This document shows positions 1 through 8,093 of a stretch of 64,000 bases of DNA, piece by piece. Source of the DNA: a virus; IMG/VR virus record IMGVR_UViG_3300049846_002130, positions 1-64,000 of that record. One strand, written 5' to 3'. Below the pieces are notes generated by a model. It was not told the DNA's origin, did no database searches, and was given only the letters and a program-made list of their open reading frames with translations. The position numbers and the translations under genes are program-made. The number at the start of each line of letters is the position of its first letter. Position 1 is the stretch's first letter.

Positions 1-595
1 CCTGGAGGTCAGCCCCCTGGAGGTAGGCGTCCCGAAGGTAGGCATCTTGGAGGTTGACATCTTGGAGGTTGGCATTCTGAAGGTAGGCCCACCGGAGGTA
101 GGCCCTCTGGAGGTTAGCCCCCCAGAGATCAGTTCTCTGGAGGATGGCCCACCGGAGGTCAGCCCCCTGGAGGTAGGCGTCCCGAAGGTAGGCATCTTGG
201 AGGTTGACATCTTGGAGGTTGGCATTCTGAAGGTAGGCCCACCGGAGGTAGGCCCTCTGGAGGTTAGCCCCCCAGAGGTTAGCTTCCTGGAGGATGGCCC
301 ACCGGAGGTCAGCTCTCTGGAGATTGGTTCTCTGGAGGTTGGCCCCCTGGAGGTTAGCCCCCCAGAGGTTAACTTCCTGGAGGTTGGCCCCCTGGAGGTT
401 GGCCCCCTGAAGGTCAGCCCCCTGGAGGTAGGCCCCCTGAAGGTCAGCTCCCTGGAGGTCAGCCCCCCGAAGGTTGGCTCTCTGAGGCACAACACTTTCT
501 TCAGCCGCCCCGGCTTCGAAACCCTGGTTTCGAAGCCAGGCTTGATGGGGCCCATACCAAGGAAAGCGAGCCATGAGGTTGTTATGATTAGTCAT
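1..595 (-). CDS. Pentapeptide repeat protein, paralogue 1 (3' end runs off the window; absent from ORF track)
   Basis: RBS AAGGAG then ATG at 595: MTNHNNLMARFPWYGPHQAWLRNQGFEA..., then continuous A(D/N/Y)L(Q/R)x repeats with no stop before base 1. Confidence 0.9.
   Translation of the reverse strand, partial: MTNHNNLMARFPWYGPHQAWLRNQGFEAGAAEESVVPQRANLRGADLQGADLQGAYLQGADLQGANLQGANLQEVNLWGANLQGANLQRTNLQRADLRWAILQEANLWGANLQRAYLRWAYLQNANLQDVNLQDAYLRDAYLQGADLRWAILQRTDLWGANLQRAYLRWAYLQNANLQDVNLQDAYLRDAYLQGADLQ
4..277. repeat. 150-bp-period internal tandem duplication within pentapeptide gene 1
   Basis: About 4-127 is essentially identical to 154-277 (period of 10 pentapeptides). Confidence 0.85.
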
Positions 596-607
596 ATGTT
601 CTCCTTT

Positions 608-1060
608 TTAAGTTACTACACCGATGGCCCCCTGGAGGTAGGCATCCCGGAGGTTAGCCCCTTCGAGGTTGGCCCCCCGAAGGTCAGCCCACCGGAGGTC
701 AGCCCCCTGGAGGTCAGCCCCCTGGAGGTAAGCTCCACGGAGGTAGGCCCACCGGAGGTCAGCCCCCCGGAGGTAAGCGTCCTGGAGGTTGGCCCCCTGG
801 AAGTCGGCATCCTGGAGGTAAGCGTTCTGGAGGTTGGCCCCCTGGAAGTCGGCGTCCTGGAGGTGGGCTCCCTGGAGGTTGGCCCACCGGAGGTCAGCCC
901 CCCGGAGGTTAGCTCCCCAGAGGTTAGCTCCCTGGAGGTTGGCCTGTTGAGGCACGACGTCCTCTCCGACAGGACCGGCTTCGAAGCCTTGGCTTCGAAG
1001 CCAAGCTTGGTGGGGTCCGTACCAGGGATACCTAGCTGAAATAGCAGCATGATCAACCAT
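608..1060 (-). CDS. Pentapeptide repeat protein, paralogue 2
   Basis: AGGAGG RBS; leader ARYPWYGPHQAWLRSQGFEA followed by ~22 A(D/N/Y)Lxx repeats. Confidence 0.92.
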   Translation of the reverse strand: MVDHAAISARYPWYGPHQAWLRSQGFEAGPVGEDVVPQQANLQGANLWGANLRGADLRWANLQGAHLQDADFQGANLQNAYLQDADFQGANLQDAYLRGADLRWAYLRGAYLQGADLQGADLRWADLRGANLEGANLRDAYLQGAIGVVT

Positions 1061-1238
1061 AATTGCCTCCTTTAAAAATAGTTACAATTTTCTGTTCTTG
1101 AGCTCTTGTAATAAATACTATAGGCATATTGTAAGTCTTTATAAGATACAGAGCGTCTCGAAATGCAGCCTTTAAGTACGGGTACTTCATGCACCTCATA
1201 AAGCTCCAACCACCAATATCATCCCAATGAACGTACAT
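1053..1238 (-). CDS. Hypothetical protein
   Basis: 61-aa ORF in a tightly packed leftward run. Confidence 0.55.
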   Translation of the reverse strand: MYVHWDDIGGWSFMRCMKYPYLKAAFRDALYLIKTYNMPIVFITRAQEQKIVTIFKGGNYG

Positions 1239-1246
1239 TTAGTTTC

Positions 1247-1567
1247 CTAAAACAAAATGAAGTCCTTCTTACAAGCTAAATCGGAGGCATTATCAATAAT
1301 CTTACACAAATCTGCGTTGAGTAGATAAAACCACTCCCATGCATCATTAAGATTCCCACACTTTGGAGTTAAAACTTGGCCAACCCACCTAATACAAAAG
1401 GCCTTATAGTCCCAAGTTCCAATATGTTTATTGTTCTTATAGGAACGAGAATCAACAAGATAAATCTTGTTTTGGTCGATACGAAACTCTAAAGAAGCTT
1501 CATAGCCACCTCCCTTATAAGTTGTTGTATAGGTGTTATCGTTCTTAATAAGATTATATTCACTCAT
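1247..1567 (-). CDS. Hypothetical protein
   Basis: Probable start MSEYNL overlapping the upstream stop; 106 aa. Confidence 0.65.
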   Translation of the reverse strand: MSEYNLIKNDNTYTTTYKGGGYEASLEFRIDQNKIYLVDSRSYKNNKHIGTWDYKAFCIRWVGQVLTPKCGNLNDAWEWFYLLNADLCKIIDNASDLACKKDFILF

Positions 1568-1778
1568 CCGCTTCAATCTCCGCAATTAAAGTAGTTACTT
1601 CGTAAGCTGTTAACACTGGTGTTGTTTTAAGATAGTCTTTAACCTTAGTAAGAATCCTATCTACTCTACGATATTCACTGTAGAGTTCTGCTAATACACC
1701 AGCCTCAGCTAGCATATCTGCTTCTTCTAAATGTTGACCAACAACTTGTAGTTCTTGGTCTTGGTACTCTGACCACAT
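1560..1778 (-). CDS. Hypothetical protein
   Basis: 72 aa, coupled to neighbours (TAATG overlap). Confidence 0.65.
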   Translation of the reverse strand: MWSEYQDQELQVVGQHLEEADMLAEAGVLAELYSEYRRVDRILTKVKDYLKTTPVLTAYEVTTLIAEIEADE

Positions 1779-2017
1779 TAGATGTTACTCAAACGTAAGC
1801 AACAATGAATAGCTTTACCAAGCTGATGAATAAAGAAGTCTTGCTCCTGCTTATTAGCCTGCTTATACCACTTTGTGTATCGATTAATATTTAATACAGT
1901 ATCAAGCTTAAGTGTATTAAGGAGTGCCTGGCCTTCAAACGATTCTTGCCCGGTAATCAAAGCAAGCCTAAGGTAGTTTAGTAACCTGTGCCAATAAAAA
2001 TACTCAAAGGAAGTCAT
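1778..2017 (-). CDS. Hypothetical protein
   Basis: AAGGAG RBS, 79 aa. Confidence 0.65.
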   Translation of the reverse strand: MTSFEYFYWHRLLNYLRLALITGQESFEGQALLNTLKLDTVLNINRYTKWYKQANKQEQDFFIHQLGKAIHCCLRLSNI

Positions 2018-2026
2018 GTTGGCTCC

Positions 2027-2230
2027 TTAGTCAGGACAAACTAGCTTAAAGTTTTGATCATTAGGACCATCCCATAAGATCCCTGTAATAGCATAGAGAT
2101 CATCATAGTCTGAAGAAGTGGTAGTCACTATGCCTTCATATGGTGAATGCTCATGAGTCTTGGGCCCAATAGTTAATACCATACCGATATATTCATAGCT
2201 CTTGCCATCATCATCAGTAAAGAAAAGCAT
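2027..2230 (-). CDS. Small protein ending in VCPD (family member 1)
   Basis: GAGGA RBS before MLFFTDDDGK...; ends NFKLVCPD*. Confidence 0.65.
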   Translation of the reverse strand: MLFFTDDDGKSYEYIGMVLTIGPKTHEHSPYEGIVTTTSSDYDDLYAITGILWDGPNDQNFKLVCPD

Positions 2231-2347
2231 TGGGTCCTCGCTCATAGTTCCAGATATCTGCAAGAATCCACTCTTCAAGCTCAGTCAGTAAAACAACTAC
2301 TGGACCACTAGGTGTCCATACAGCCCAACAGGTCATTGTTATCTCCT

Positions 2348-2506
2348 TTAATGACTAACTAAACTAGAAATTAAGTAGCCTATGCCCATTCCACCAATAA
2401 TAAAAGCCCAAGCATCTCTATCATCATAAGGTGCGCACTTCATTGGGTTTCTAAATGTAAGTAAAACAAATACTGCTATACCAAGAAGACCCGGGATTAT
2501 TGCCAT
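2348..2506 (-). CDS. Small membrane protein (52 aa, two hydrophobic segments)
   Basis: Manual translation MAIIPGLLGIAVFVLLTFRNP...AWAFIIGGMGIGYLISSLVSH*. Confidence 0.55.
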   Translation of the reverse strand: MAIIPGLLGIAVFVLLTFRNPMKCAPYDDRDAWAFIIGGMGIGYLISSLVSH

Positions 2507-2745
2507 CTGGTTTCCCAGCAATCTCTTGTAATCGAGATAAAGTCTTGTAACTCTTCTTCAGTAAGATTTCTTGCTAGCCAAGCTAACAGTAACGTACAGT
2601 TATGAGAACTTTCGTTAGTCAAAAACGGACGTAAGTTAATAATTCGGTCCTTATAAAACTCTGGATTAAATCCAATGGCAATTAAGTTAAAGCACTTAGC
2701 AACTTCTGTATAGAGCTGAAGCTCAATTGATGTAAAGTCTAACAT
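2497..2745 (-). CDS. Hypothetical protein
   Basis: 82-aa ORF, overlaps neighbours in operon style. Confidence 0.6.
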   Translation of the reverse strand: MLDFTSIELQLYTEVAKCFNLIAIGFNPEFYKDRIINLRPFLTNESSHNCTLLLAWLARNLTEEELQDFISITRDCWETRWQ

Positions 2746-2872
2746 TTGTCCATCCAGATATTAAGCCAATCAGGTGTCCACGCACATGGAATGCCAGGTC
2801 TTAACATCCAGGGAATAAAGACCTCGGGAACCTCTTGTTCTTGCATGCGAAAACCAAGATCACAATATGGAT

Positions 2873-3157
2873 TCACTTGAGTTCTCGCATCAATACACCA
2901 GGTTCATCAATCCATACCTGAGTATCATCAGAACCAGGTGAGTAAACTGGGATAGTAGCCTCTACCGGCACTTGAACTAAAACATAGCCAGCTGGAACAT
3001 CAAGAAGCCGACGAATATAAGCAGCATCTGCAATCCGCTGCTCATAAGGTCTGTCGGCACTAATATTTGTAGAACAAACAACCCAAGTAGTGTCCTTATC
3101 AGAATCATAAGCACAAACATCTGTCTCATCAGTACCAAGATGATAGGTAATAGGCAT
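2873..3157 (-). CDS. Hypothetical protein
   Basis: AGGAG RBS before MPITYHL. Confidence 0.6.
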   Translation of the reverse strand: MPITYHLGTDETDVCAYDSDKDTTWVVCSTNISADRPYEQRIADAAYIRRLLDVPAGYVLVQVPVEATIPVYSPGSDDTQVWIDEPGVLMRELK

Positions 3158-3350
3158 AGTAGCTCCTAGTAGTCTCATCAACAACAGAGCCGTCAGGCAC
3201 TAAGTTAATAAGCTTCTTTAGCTGCCTTCGCGCCCGCTTTCTAACCAAGTGCTTAACTGCTTTAGGATTATCAAACAAATGAATTGTTGGACTATCCATT
3301 AATGTGTAATCTACACCTGGTTTCAGTCCAGCTTTCTTAAAATCATCCAT
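3129..3350 (-). CDS. Hypothetical basic protein
   Basis: Start MDDFKK coupled to upstream TAA (TAATG). Confidence 0.55.
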   Translation of the reverse strand: MDDFKKAGLKPGVDYTLMDSPTIHLFDNPKAVKHLVRKRARRQLKKLINLVPDGSVVDETTRSYYAYYLSSWY

Positions 3351-3592
3351 TAGAAGTTCTTGATTAAATATTGATGAATTTGCACTACAATCGTAGTTAT
3401 TATCAGCCATATACTACTGGCAATTAACGGATAACGTATATACCATTGGTAATTATTAAAAACTTGTGGCATAGAATAAATTATATCAACAGTAAGTAGA
3501 CCTACTGGAACACTTAATATGGTTAGTATTTTTAATATTACTGGTAACCTATTTATATCTAACCACCAATACTTATCTGGTTGCTGCATCAT
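3350..3592 (-). CDS. Small membrane protein
   Basis: Two hydrophobic stretches in 80 aa. Confidence 0.55.
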   Translation of the reverse strand: MMQQPDKYWWLDINRLPVILKILTILSVPVGLLTVDIIYSMPQVFNNYQWYIRYPLIASSIWLIITTIVVQIHQYLIKNF

Positions 3593-3938
3593 ATTCTCTT
3601 TCTATTCTAAGTAAGTCAGTGTAGAACCGTTCATCTAGTTCTCTACCTGCTTGAAACTGAATAACCCATGCTTGATTTTCAGACATGATTAACCTATCAG
3701 CATGATACTGAGTAGCTATCTCGCGTCTACGAGTATGAAAGGCATCAGTCACAACTGCCCTATCAGCCAGATACTTGCTAATGGCTTGCTGAATATCTTG
3801 CTTAGGAGGTTCAATAATTATAGGAATATCTTCTGCTTGTAGTGGTAGCTCGCGGGGTGATTCAAACATTACAACACCTACTAGCCACATAAGAATAGCT
3901 ACTATAACTATGGTAATAATTAACATACTAAGCCCCAT
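3573..3938 (-). CDS. Membrane-anchored hypothetical protein
   Basis: N-terminal hydrophobic helix LIITIVIVAILMWLVGVVM, then helical domain. Confidence 0.6.
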   Translation of the reverse strand: MGLSMLIITIVIVAILMWLVGVVMFESPRELPLQAEDIPIIIEPPKQDIQQAISKYLADRAVVTDAFHTRRREIATQYHADRLIMSENQAWVIQFQAGRELDERFYTDLLRIEREYDAATR

Positions 3939-4060
3939 CTAAACAATATCTACTAAGCTTCTGTAGCTCAGTAAGTAGTCATTGCTGTTCTTCAGGAGTT
4001 GCATCCTTATCAATAGCTCCTATTTCTCTTCCTATTCCATATGTATTATTCATATTACTC

Positions 4061-4207
4061 CTAATCTGGACAAACCAGATTTGTATCAGTGCTTAGCCAG
4101 TACATGAAGTATCTGCCTGGCTGATCCTGTATATAAACGGTATCATGACAATTGTATATAACACTGGGTACTGCATGCCCATAGTACCGTCCGTATTTAA
4201 ATAGCAC
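4061..4207 (-). CDS. Small protein ending in VCPD (member 2, 48 aa)
   Basis: AGGAG RBS, GTG start: MLFKYGRYYGHAVP...TDTNLVCPD*. Confidence 0.6.
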   Translation of the reverse strand: MLFKYGRYYGHAVPSVIYNCHDTVYIQDQPGRYFMYWLSTDTNLVCPD

Positions 4208-4216
4208 GCTTCTCCT

Positions 4217-4390
4217 TTAGTCTGGACAAACTAACTTACAAAAGCCATTAACAATTCTCATTTCTGAGTAAGTGTTAAACATTGAACTACGGGTATTCAC
4301 TACCTGAATACAAACCCAATCAGGCAATGTATTCCACATGATGTTGTTGGTTACTACATGACCATAGTACTGGCCCTTAAAGAATACCAT
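4217..4390 (-). CDS. Small protein ending in VCPD (member 3, 57 aa)
   Basis: AAGGAG RBS; MVFFKGQYYGHVVTNNIMWN...NGFCKLVCPD*; close paralogue of 5093-5266. Confidence 0.7.
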   Translation of the reverse strand: MVFFKGQYYGHVVTNNIMWNTLPDWVCIQVVNTRSSMFNTYSEMRIVNGFCKLVCPD

Positions 4391-4527
4391 TACTTCTCCT
4401 TATACAGAGTAGGCTGATTACTGGGGCTCCGCGCGCCCTTTGAAGAGACTCTTCAATACACTTATCAAAAAAAATTCACGCTTGGTTTGACGCTTCCACT
4501 GAGCACGCTGATTGTGTCGAGCCATTG

Positions 4528-4893
4528 TTACTCCAATGGAATAGGAATAATTCCTGGTGGGCCACTTGGGGCCATTAAGCCACTTTCTGAATGCTCTAAT
4601 CCAAAGCAATGACCTAGTTCATGAGCTAGCGTACTAGTATCATACTTATATTGTAATAGTACTATGCAGTCAGTACCGTCAGGTACTGTGTAACCTAAAA
4701 TATTGGGAGGCAATGCATGTGGTGTCCATACCACTAGCACCTGCCCCCGCGCATTCTGATTACTAGTCTTATGGGCAGACCAACTATTAGCAGCTAGCTG
4801 AATAGTAAGTGAATCAATACTTACTGATTCAATCTGCTTATAACTACTAGCTGGATAATCTCTATAGAATATGGCGAGAAATAAGCAGAACAT
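4528..4893 (-). CDS. Small metzincin-type zinc metallopeptidase
   Basis: HELGHCFGLEH (HExxHxxGxxH) plus Met-turn GLMAP; AGGAG RBS before MFCLFLAIF. Confidence 0.8.
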   Translation of the reverse strand: MFCLFLAIFYRDYPASSYKQIESVSIDSLTIQLAANSWSAHKTSNQNARGQVLVVWTPHALPPNILGYTVPDGTDCIVLLQYKYDTSTLAHELGHCFGLEHSESGLMAPSGPPGIIPIPLE

Positions 4894-4900
4894 GTTGCTC

Positions 4901-5083
4901 CTACTCTGTGTGTCTAATCTTAGTAACCTGACGCCGCATAGGTAGTTCATCATCTCGCCACTGGCATTCAATGATAATAGCCTTGCGTGCAATTTCTTCA
5001 GCTTCAAAAACATCCTTGGCTTCTACTTCAATAGTAGCCAAACGCCTAGTAGTCTCAACTACTTGTACTTGATACTTATGCAT
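4901..5083 (-). CDS. Small protein, DpnD/PcfM-like
   Basis: KYQVQVVET..LATIEVEAKDVFEAEEIA pattern resembles this family (from memory). Confidence 0.45.
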   Translation of the reverse strand: MHKYQVQVVETTRRLATIEVEAKDVFEAEEIARKAIIIECQWRDDELPMRRQVTKIRHTE

Positions 5084-5092
5084 GTGGTGCTC

Positions 5093-5266
5093 CTAATCTG
5101 GACATACTAATCTACAAAAGCCATTAACTACTCTAAACTCAGAGTAAGTATTAAACATTGAGCTACGAGTATTTAGTACATGAATATATGCCCAATCAAG
5201 TAATGTATTCCACATAATGTTATTGGTTACTACGTGACCATAGTACTTGTTCTTAAAGAATACCAT
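5093..5266 (-). CDS. Small protein ending in VCPD (member 4, 57 aa)
   Basis: MVFFKNKYYGHVVTNNIMWN...NGFCRLVCPD*; recent duplicate of 4217-4390. Confidence 0.7.
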   Translation of the reverse strand: MVFFKNKYYGHVVTNNIMWNTLLDWAYIHVLNTRSSMFNTYSEFRVVNGFCRLVCPD

Positions 5267-5439
5267 GTCTTCTCCGGGCGAAATCAATACTTTACAAGTA
5301 TTCCAATTATTACGTCTACAACATATTGTAAATTAATATTCTCTATAAGCTAAGTACTAGCCTATATGAGGAGTTGAGAGCTAATGATTAGTACCCTGTT
5401 GAGCAGGATTACTACTACTGGCTCTAAAATCAAGCTTGC

Positions 5440-5868
5440 AGGCCCCTAACGGGGCCTATTTTTAATTTATGGTTTTGAAGGATGTTGTGCTATACTTGTA
5501 CTAAAGGAGTAAGTGTGGCCACTAGTGAGTATAGGGGAAGTCCTGCTGGACGCTACAGCAAGTATAAGGAGAAAGCCAAATGTAGAGACCTCAGCTTTGA
5601 CCTTACCTTTGAACAATTTATGGATTACTGGCAACAATCTTGTACATATTGTGGAGCTTCAATCTTAACTATTGGTTTAGATTGAATGGACTCTACTAAG
5701 GGATATACCTTAGATAATATTCTCTCCTGTTGTACTCAATGTAATCGTATGAAAAGTAACCTTTCAACAAAACAATTTTTAGATTGTGTTAAAAGGATTT
5801 ACGAAAACTCTTGTTCTTGAAACCTTCTTATTCCTTTGTCTAAAGGAAAGTGTTGCCCCTAACGGGGC
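5440..5868 (+). repeat. 14-bp direct repeat GCCCCTAACGGGGC (hairpin) flanking the HNH pseudogene
   Basis: Copies at 5442-5455 (within AGGCCCC-TAAC-GGGGCCT, 5440-5457) and 5855-5868. Confidence 0.8.
5482..5820 (+). pseudogene. HNH-family endonuclease interrupted by an in-frame TGA
   Basis: CTYCG...IGLD*MDSTKGYTLDNILSCCTQCNRMK; TGA at 5683-5685 falls where GLDR has Arg (CGA to TGA); frame continues to TGA at 5818-5820. Confidence 0.8.
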
Positions 5869-5881
5869 CCGCCTTGTGTCT

Positions 5882-5914
5882 TACTTCACTTAAATGCGAT
5901 ACTTAAGTGAAGTA
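5882..5914. promoter_or_regulatory. 12-bp inverted repeat directly upstream of the HTH gene RBS
   Basis: TACTTCACTTAA-N9-TTAAGTGAAGTA; right arm abuts AGGAG. Confidence 0.6.
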
Positions 5915-5924
5915 GGAGTAGAAC

Positions 5925-6152
5925 ATGAGACGACAATTTAAAAAGAGTCCGAAGCGTCATCAGCTCGGAGTACATTTGCGCTCCGTCAGGCGCACTATTA
6001 CAACACAGGAACTTGCTGATGCTTACGGGGTTAGCACTCGTACTATCAAGACTTGGTTCTCTACAGGTAAGTTAGTTTTTACTGGTAACCTGTTTGAGGA
6101 CTTAAAGATGTTGGAGACCCTTCGACAGGATCCCCAACACCCTAGTACGTGA
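5925..6152 (+). CDS. Helix-turn-helix DNA-binding protein (excisionase/MerR-like)
   Basis: TTQELADAYGVSTRTIKTWFSTGKL HTH pattern; AGGAG RBS. Confidence 0.8.
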   Translation: MRRQFKKSPKRHQLGVHLRSVRRTITTQELADAYGVSTRTIKTWFSTGKLVFTGNLFEDLKMLETLRQDPQHPST

Positions 6153-6312
6153 TCCTGGTGTAGCCACACTTGGTACACTTGAGACCTTGTGTAAAGCAAC
6201 CAGGTAATGAGCTGTTGATGCAGGCTCCTCGTGGGAGGATACCTTTCATGAGGGCGATATGGCCTGCTGGTACTAAGACCAGTCCAGGTTTCATGTTGTG
6301 TTCACATTGCAT
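6142..6312 (-). CDS. Small Zn-ribbon-like protein
   Basis: MQCEH...CTKCGY; GAGG RBS. Confidence 0.55.
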   Translation of the reverse strand: MQCEHNMKPGLVLVPAGHIALMKGILPRGACINSSLPGCFTQGLKCTKCGYTRITY

Positions 6313-6319
6313 TGTTGCC

Positions 6320-6523
6320 TCACATGTTGGTGTAAGCGGCGTAGGCGAGGCCGCCACAGAGAGTGACCAGCATGGCGATGAACCAGTTGGCCACGATCCA
6401 GTTGGCGGCGCTGAAGTACGGGTCGTTGTCGATGAGGTTGAGTAGCCCTGCGCAGAGCCCGTAGATGTTCATCATCCCCAGGAACACTGCTGGTACTCCG
6501 AAGAGTACGACGATGAAGATCAT
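6320..6523 (-). CDS. Small membrane protein
   Basis: 67 aa, hydrophobic; TGATG coupling to upstream pilin-like ORF. Confidence 0.65.
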   Translation of the reverse strand: MIFIVVLFGVPAVFLGMMNIYGLCAGLLNLIDNDPYFSAANWIVANWFIAMLVTLCGGLAYAAYTNM

Positions 6524-6666
6524 CACAGCACCCCGCTGGCAACACCGATGCAGTAGAGCAGGTACACCAGCACGGCACACCCGATGGCACCAAAGAACAG
6601 GGTGATGCTGACGATCATCAGCTCGATGACACTCACGCCCTGCTCGTCACGAAGGAACTTGATCAT
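6523..6666 (-). CDS. Type IV/Flp prepilin-like peptide (47 aa; not in ORF track)
   Basis: GAGGAG RBS; MIKFLRDEQG|VSVIELMIVSITLFFGAIGCAVLVYLLYCIGVASGVL*: G(-1), E(+5), long hydrophobic helix. Confidence 0.75.
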   Translation of the reverse strand: MIKFLRDEQGVSVIELMIVSITLFFGAIGCAVLVYLLYCIGVASGVL

Positions 6667-6931
6667 GCTCTCTCCTCGGCCAGTGGGCCTCCAGCCACTC
6701 GAACGCAGCTGGAATCTTGTTGTTGTCGTAGAAGCAGTCGTACGGCTTGTCGGAAGTGAAGTTGCGAGCCAAGCTCGGCTGACACAGAGAAGCCAGGTTC
6801 ACCAACGCCTGTCCGTCTCGCCACCCCATGCTCCTGAACCAGTGATGGAATTTGTTGGTCCAGTAGAAGTGTACGAACTCCAGGTAGGAACACCCTACGA
6901 GCTTCCCTGCGATGTCACGTAGGTTCTTCAT
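6647..6931 (-). CDS. Hypothetical protein
   Basis: AGGAG RBS before MKNLRD. Confidence 0.6.
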   Translation of the reverse strand: MKNLRDIAGKLVGCSYLEFVHFYWTNKFHHWFRSMGWRDGQALVNLASLCQPSLARNFTSDKPYDCFYDNNKIPAAFEWLEAHWPRREHDQVPS

Positions 6932-6938
6932 GTTGCTC

Positions 6939-7148
6939 CTAGTCGTGGACACTCAGAACGCCTTGGATGAACGCCCTGGTAGCCAACACCAGATCCTCGG
7001 TATTGGCGTTGAGCTTGATGATCACGCAGTTCACACCGGGCTTGACATCCGGCCAGAGCTGCACTTCTCCTTCTGCTACCACGAGGATTCCCTTGGCTTC
7101 CACCACAGGAGTCTCTGGGACAGGGAGTTCTTGACACACTGGGTTCAT
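6939..7148 (-). CDS. Hypothetical protein
   Basis: 69 aa, AGGAAGG RBS, ATGA overlap. Confidence 0.6.
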   Translation of the reverse strand: MNPVCQELPVPETPVVEAKGILVVAEGEVQLWPDVKPGVNCVIIKLNANTEDLVLATRAFIQGVLSVHD

Positions 7149-7393
7149 GGGCGACCTTCCTGCTTGCGCTTTTCACGAGCGCTCTTGCTACACCACTCCA
7201 TGTCGAGCTTGATCTGCTCGTTGGTACGATTGGTGCTGATGTCGATCATGCAGTAGTCTGGACCACCCAGGTCCTGCATGACGAACGCTTTCTTGCTTGG
7301 GCTGTAGACGGTTGGGCAGCTGTAGTGAATGTAGAGCATACACCCACCACAACAGAGGAGTAACAACACTACGAAGCCAATGTTGTTCTTCAT
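7145..7393 (-). CDS. Exported/membrane-anchored Cys-rich protein
   Basis: MKNNIGFVVLLLLCCGGC signal-like N-terminus. Confidence 0.6.
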   Translation of the reverse strand: MKNNIGFVVLLLLCCGGCMLYIHYSCPTVYSPSKKAFVMQDLGGPDYCMIDISTNRTNEQIKLDMEWCSKSAREKRKQEGRP

Positions 7394-7400
7394 GGCGTCT

Positions 7401-7565
7401 TTAATCTGGGCACACTGCTTTGTAGCAGTGGTCATAGGCGTCAAGGTTGATGTGAGTGCGGACCCCACACCATGAGATGATTACTGTGTTGCTTCTGGGG
7501 TAGAAGGTTATGATGGTCCCAATGTATCGGTCTTTGGGTGTCCACCCTTCGATAGTGAGAATCAT
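7401..7565 (-). CDS. Small protein ending in VCPD (member 5, 54 aa)
   Basis: AGGAGG RBS before MILTIEGW; ends CYKAVCPD*. Confidence 0.65.
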   Translation of the reverse strand: MILTIEGWTPKDRYIGTIITFYPRSNTVIISWCGVRTHINLDAYDHCYKAVCPD

Positions 7566-7573
7566 GTTTCCTC

Positions 7574-7723
7574 CTAGATGTACACGACGTGCTGGGGGCT
7601 GATCATGAACAGCACCTTGGGGTTTGTCCACGAAGCCAGTACAGCCTGGCCTCGAATGATGTGCGTCAGGTAGCCCAATCGATGAGCATGGGCGGGGGCG
7701 CTACCATGGACCTTGATGAGCAT
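7574..7723 (-). CDS. Hypothetical 49-aa protein
   Basis: GAGG RBS; MLIKVHG...PQHVVYI*. Confidence 0.5.
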   Translation of the reverse strand: MLIKVHGSAPAHAHRLGYLTHIIRGQAVLASWTNPKVLFMISPQHVVYI

Positions 7724-7940
7724 TCTGCACCTCGCTGCTTCTGTGTGGGTTTGGAGGCTTTTACCAATGCTTTACAGACCCCCGTGTTTTTTGCAAAACG
7801 TAGAGGTTTGTTGAGCACCAGTATGGGTTTGGGAGTAGGGAGTGTGGGCTTGAACCACCAACAGGTGTGACTATTTGCATTTTGTCACTTTTGTTGTTAG
7901 CCTGGGTAATGCACTACCCGTTCATGCTCCCCGTGAAGAA

Positions 7941-8022
7941 TGCGCCCTCCCGGACTCGAACCGGGACTCCTTTCGGAATTTGATTTTAAATCAAACGCGG
8001 CTACCAATTACGCCAAGGGCAC
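7941..8022 (-). tRNA. tRNA-Leu, anticodon UAA (reads TTA)
   Basis: Acceptor GTGCCCT/AGGGCGC, D-loop AATTGGTA, anticodon arm TTTGA-TTTAAAA-TCAAA, long variable arm, T arm CCCGG-TTCGAGT-CCGGG; CCA not encoded. Confidence 0.93.
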
Positions 8023-8093
8023 AGAGAAAGTTTGCTATTTAGTTATATTTCCTGATATAGTTAGGTTACCAATTTCGACAGAGGAGGAAAATT

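Noticed and set aside
47-1056. ORF-track entries 47..1039 (+), 616..1056, 13847..14167 and similar EVGPL/TSGG proteins
   Set aside because: Shadow frames of the pentapeptide genes
3936-5820. TGA recoding (in-frame TGA in the HNH gene and in a small ORF near 3980)
   Set aside because: TGA ends many well-supported genes (10840, 19045, and ATGA/TGATG overlaps); point mutations explain these better
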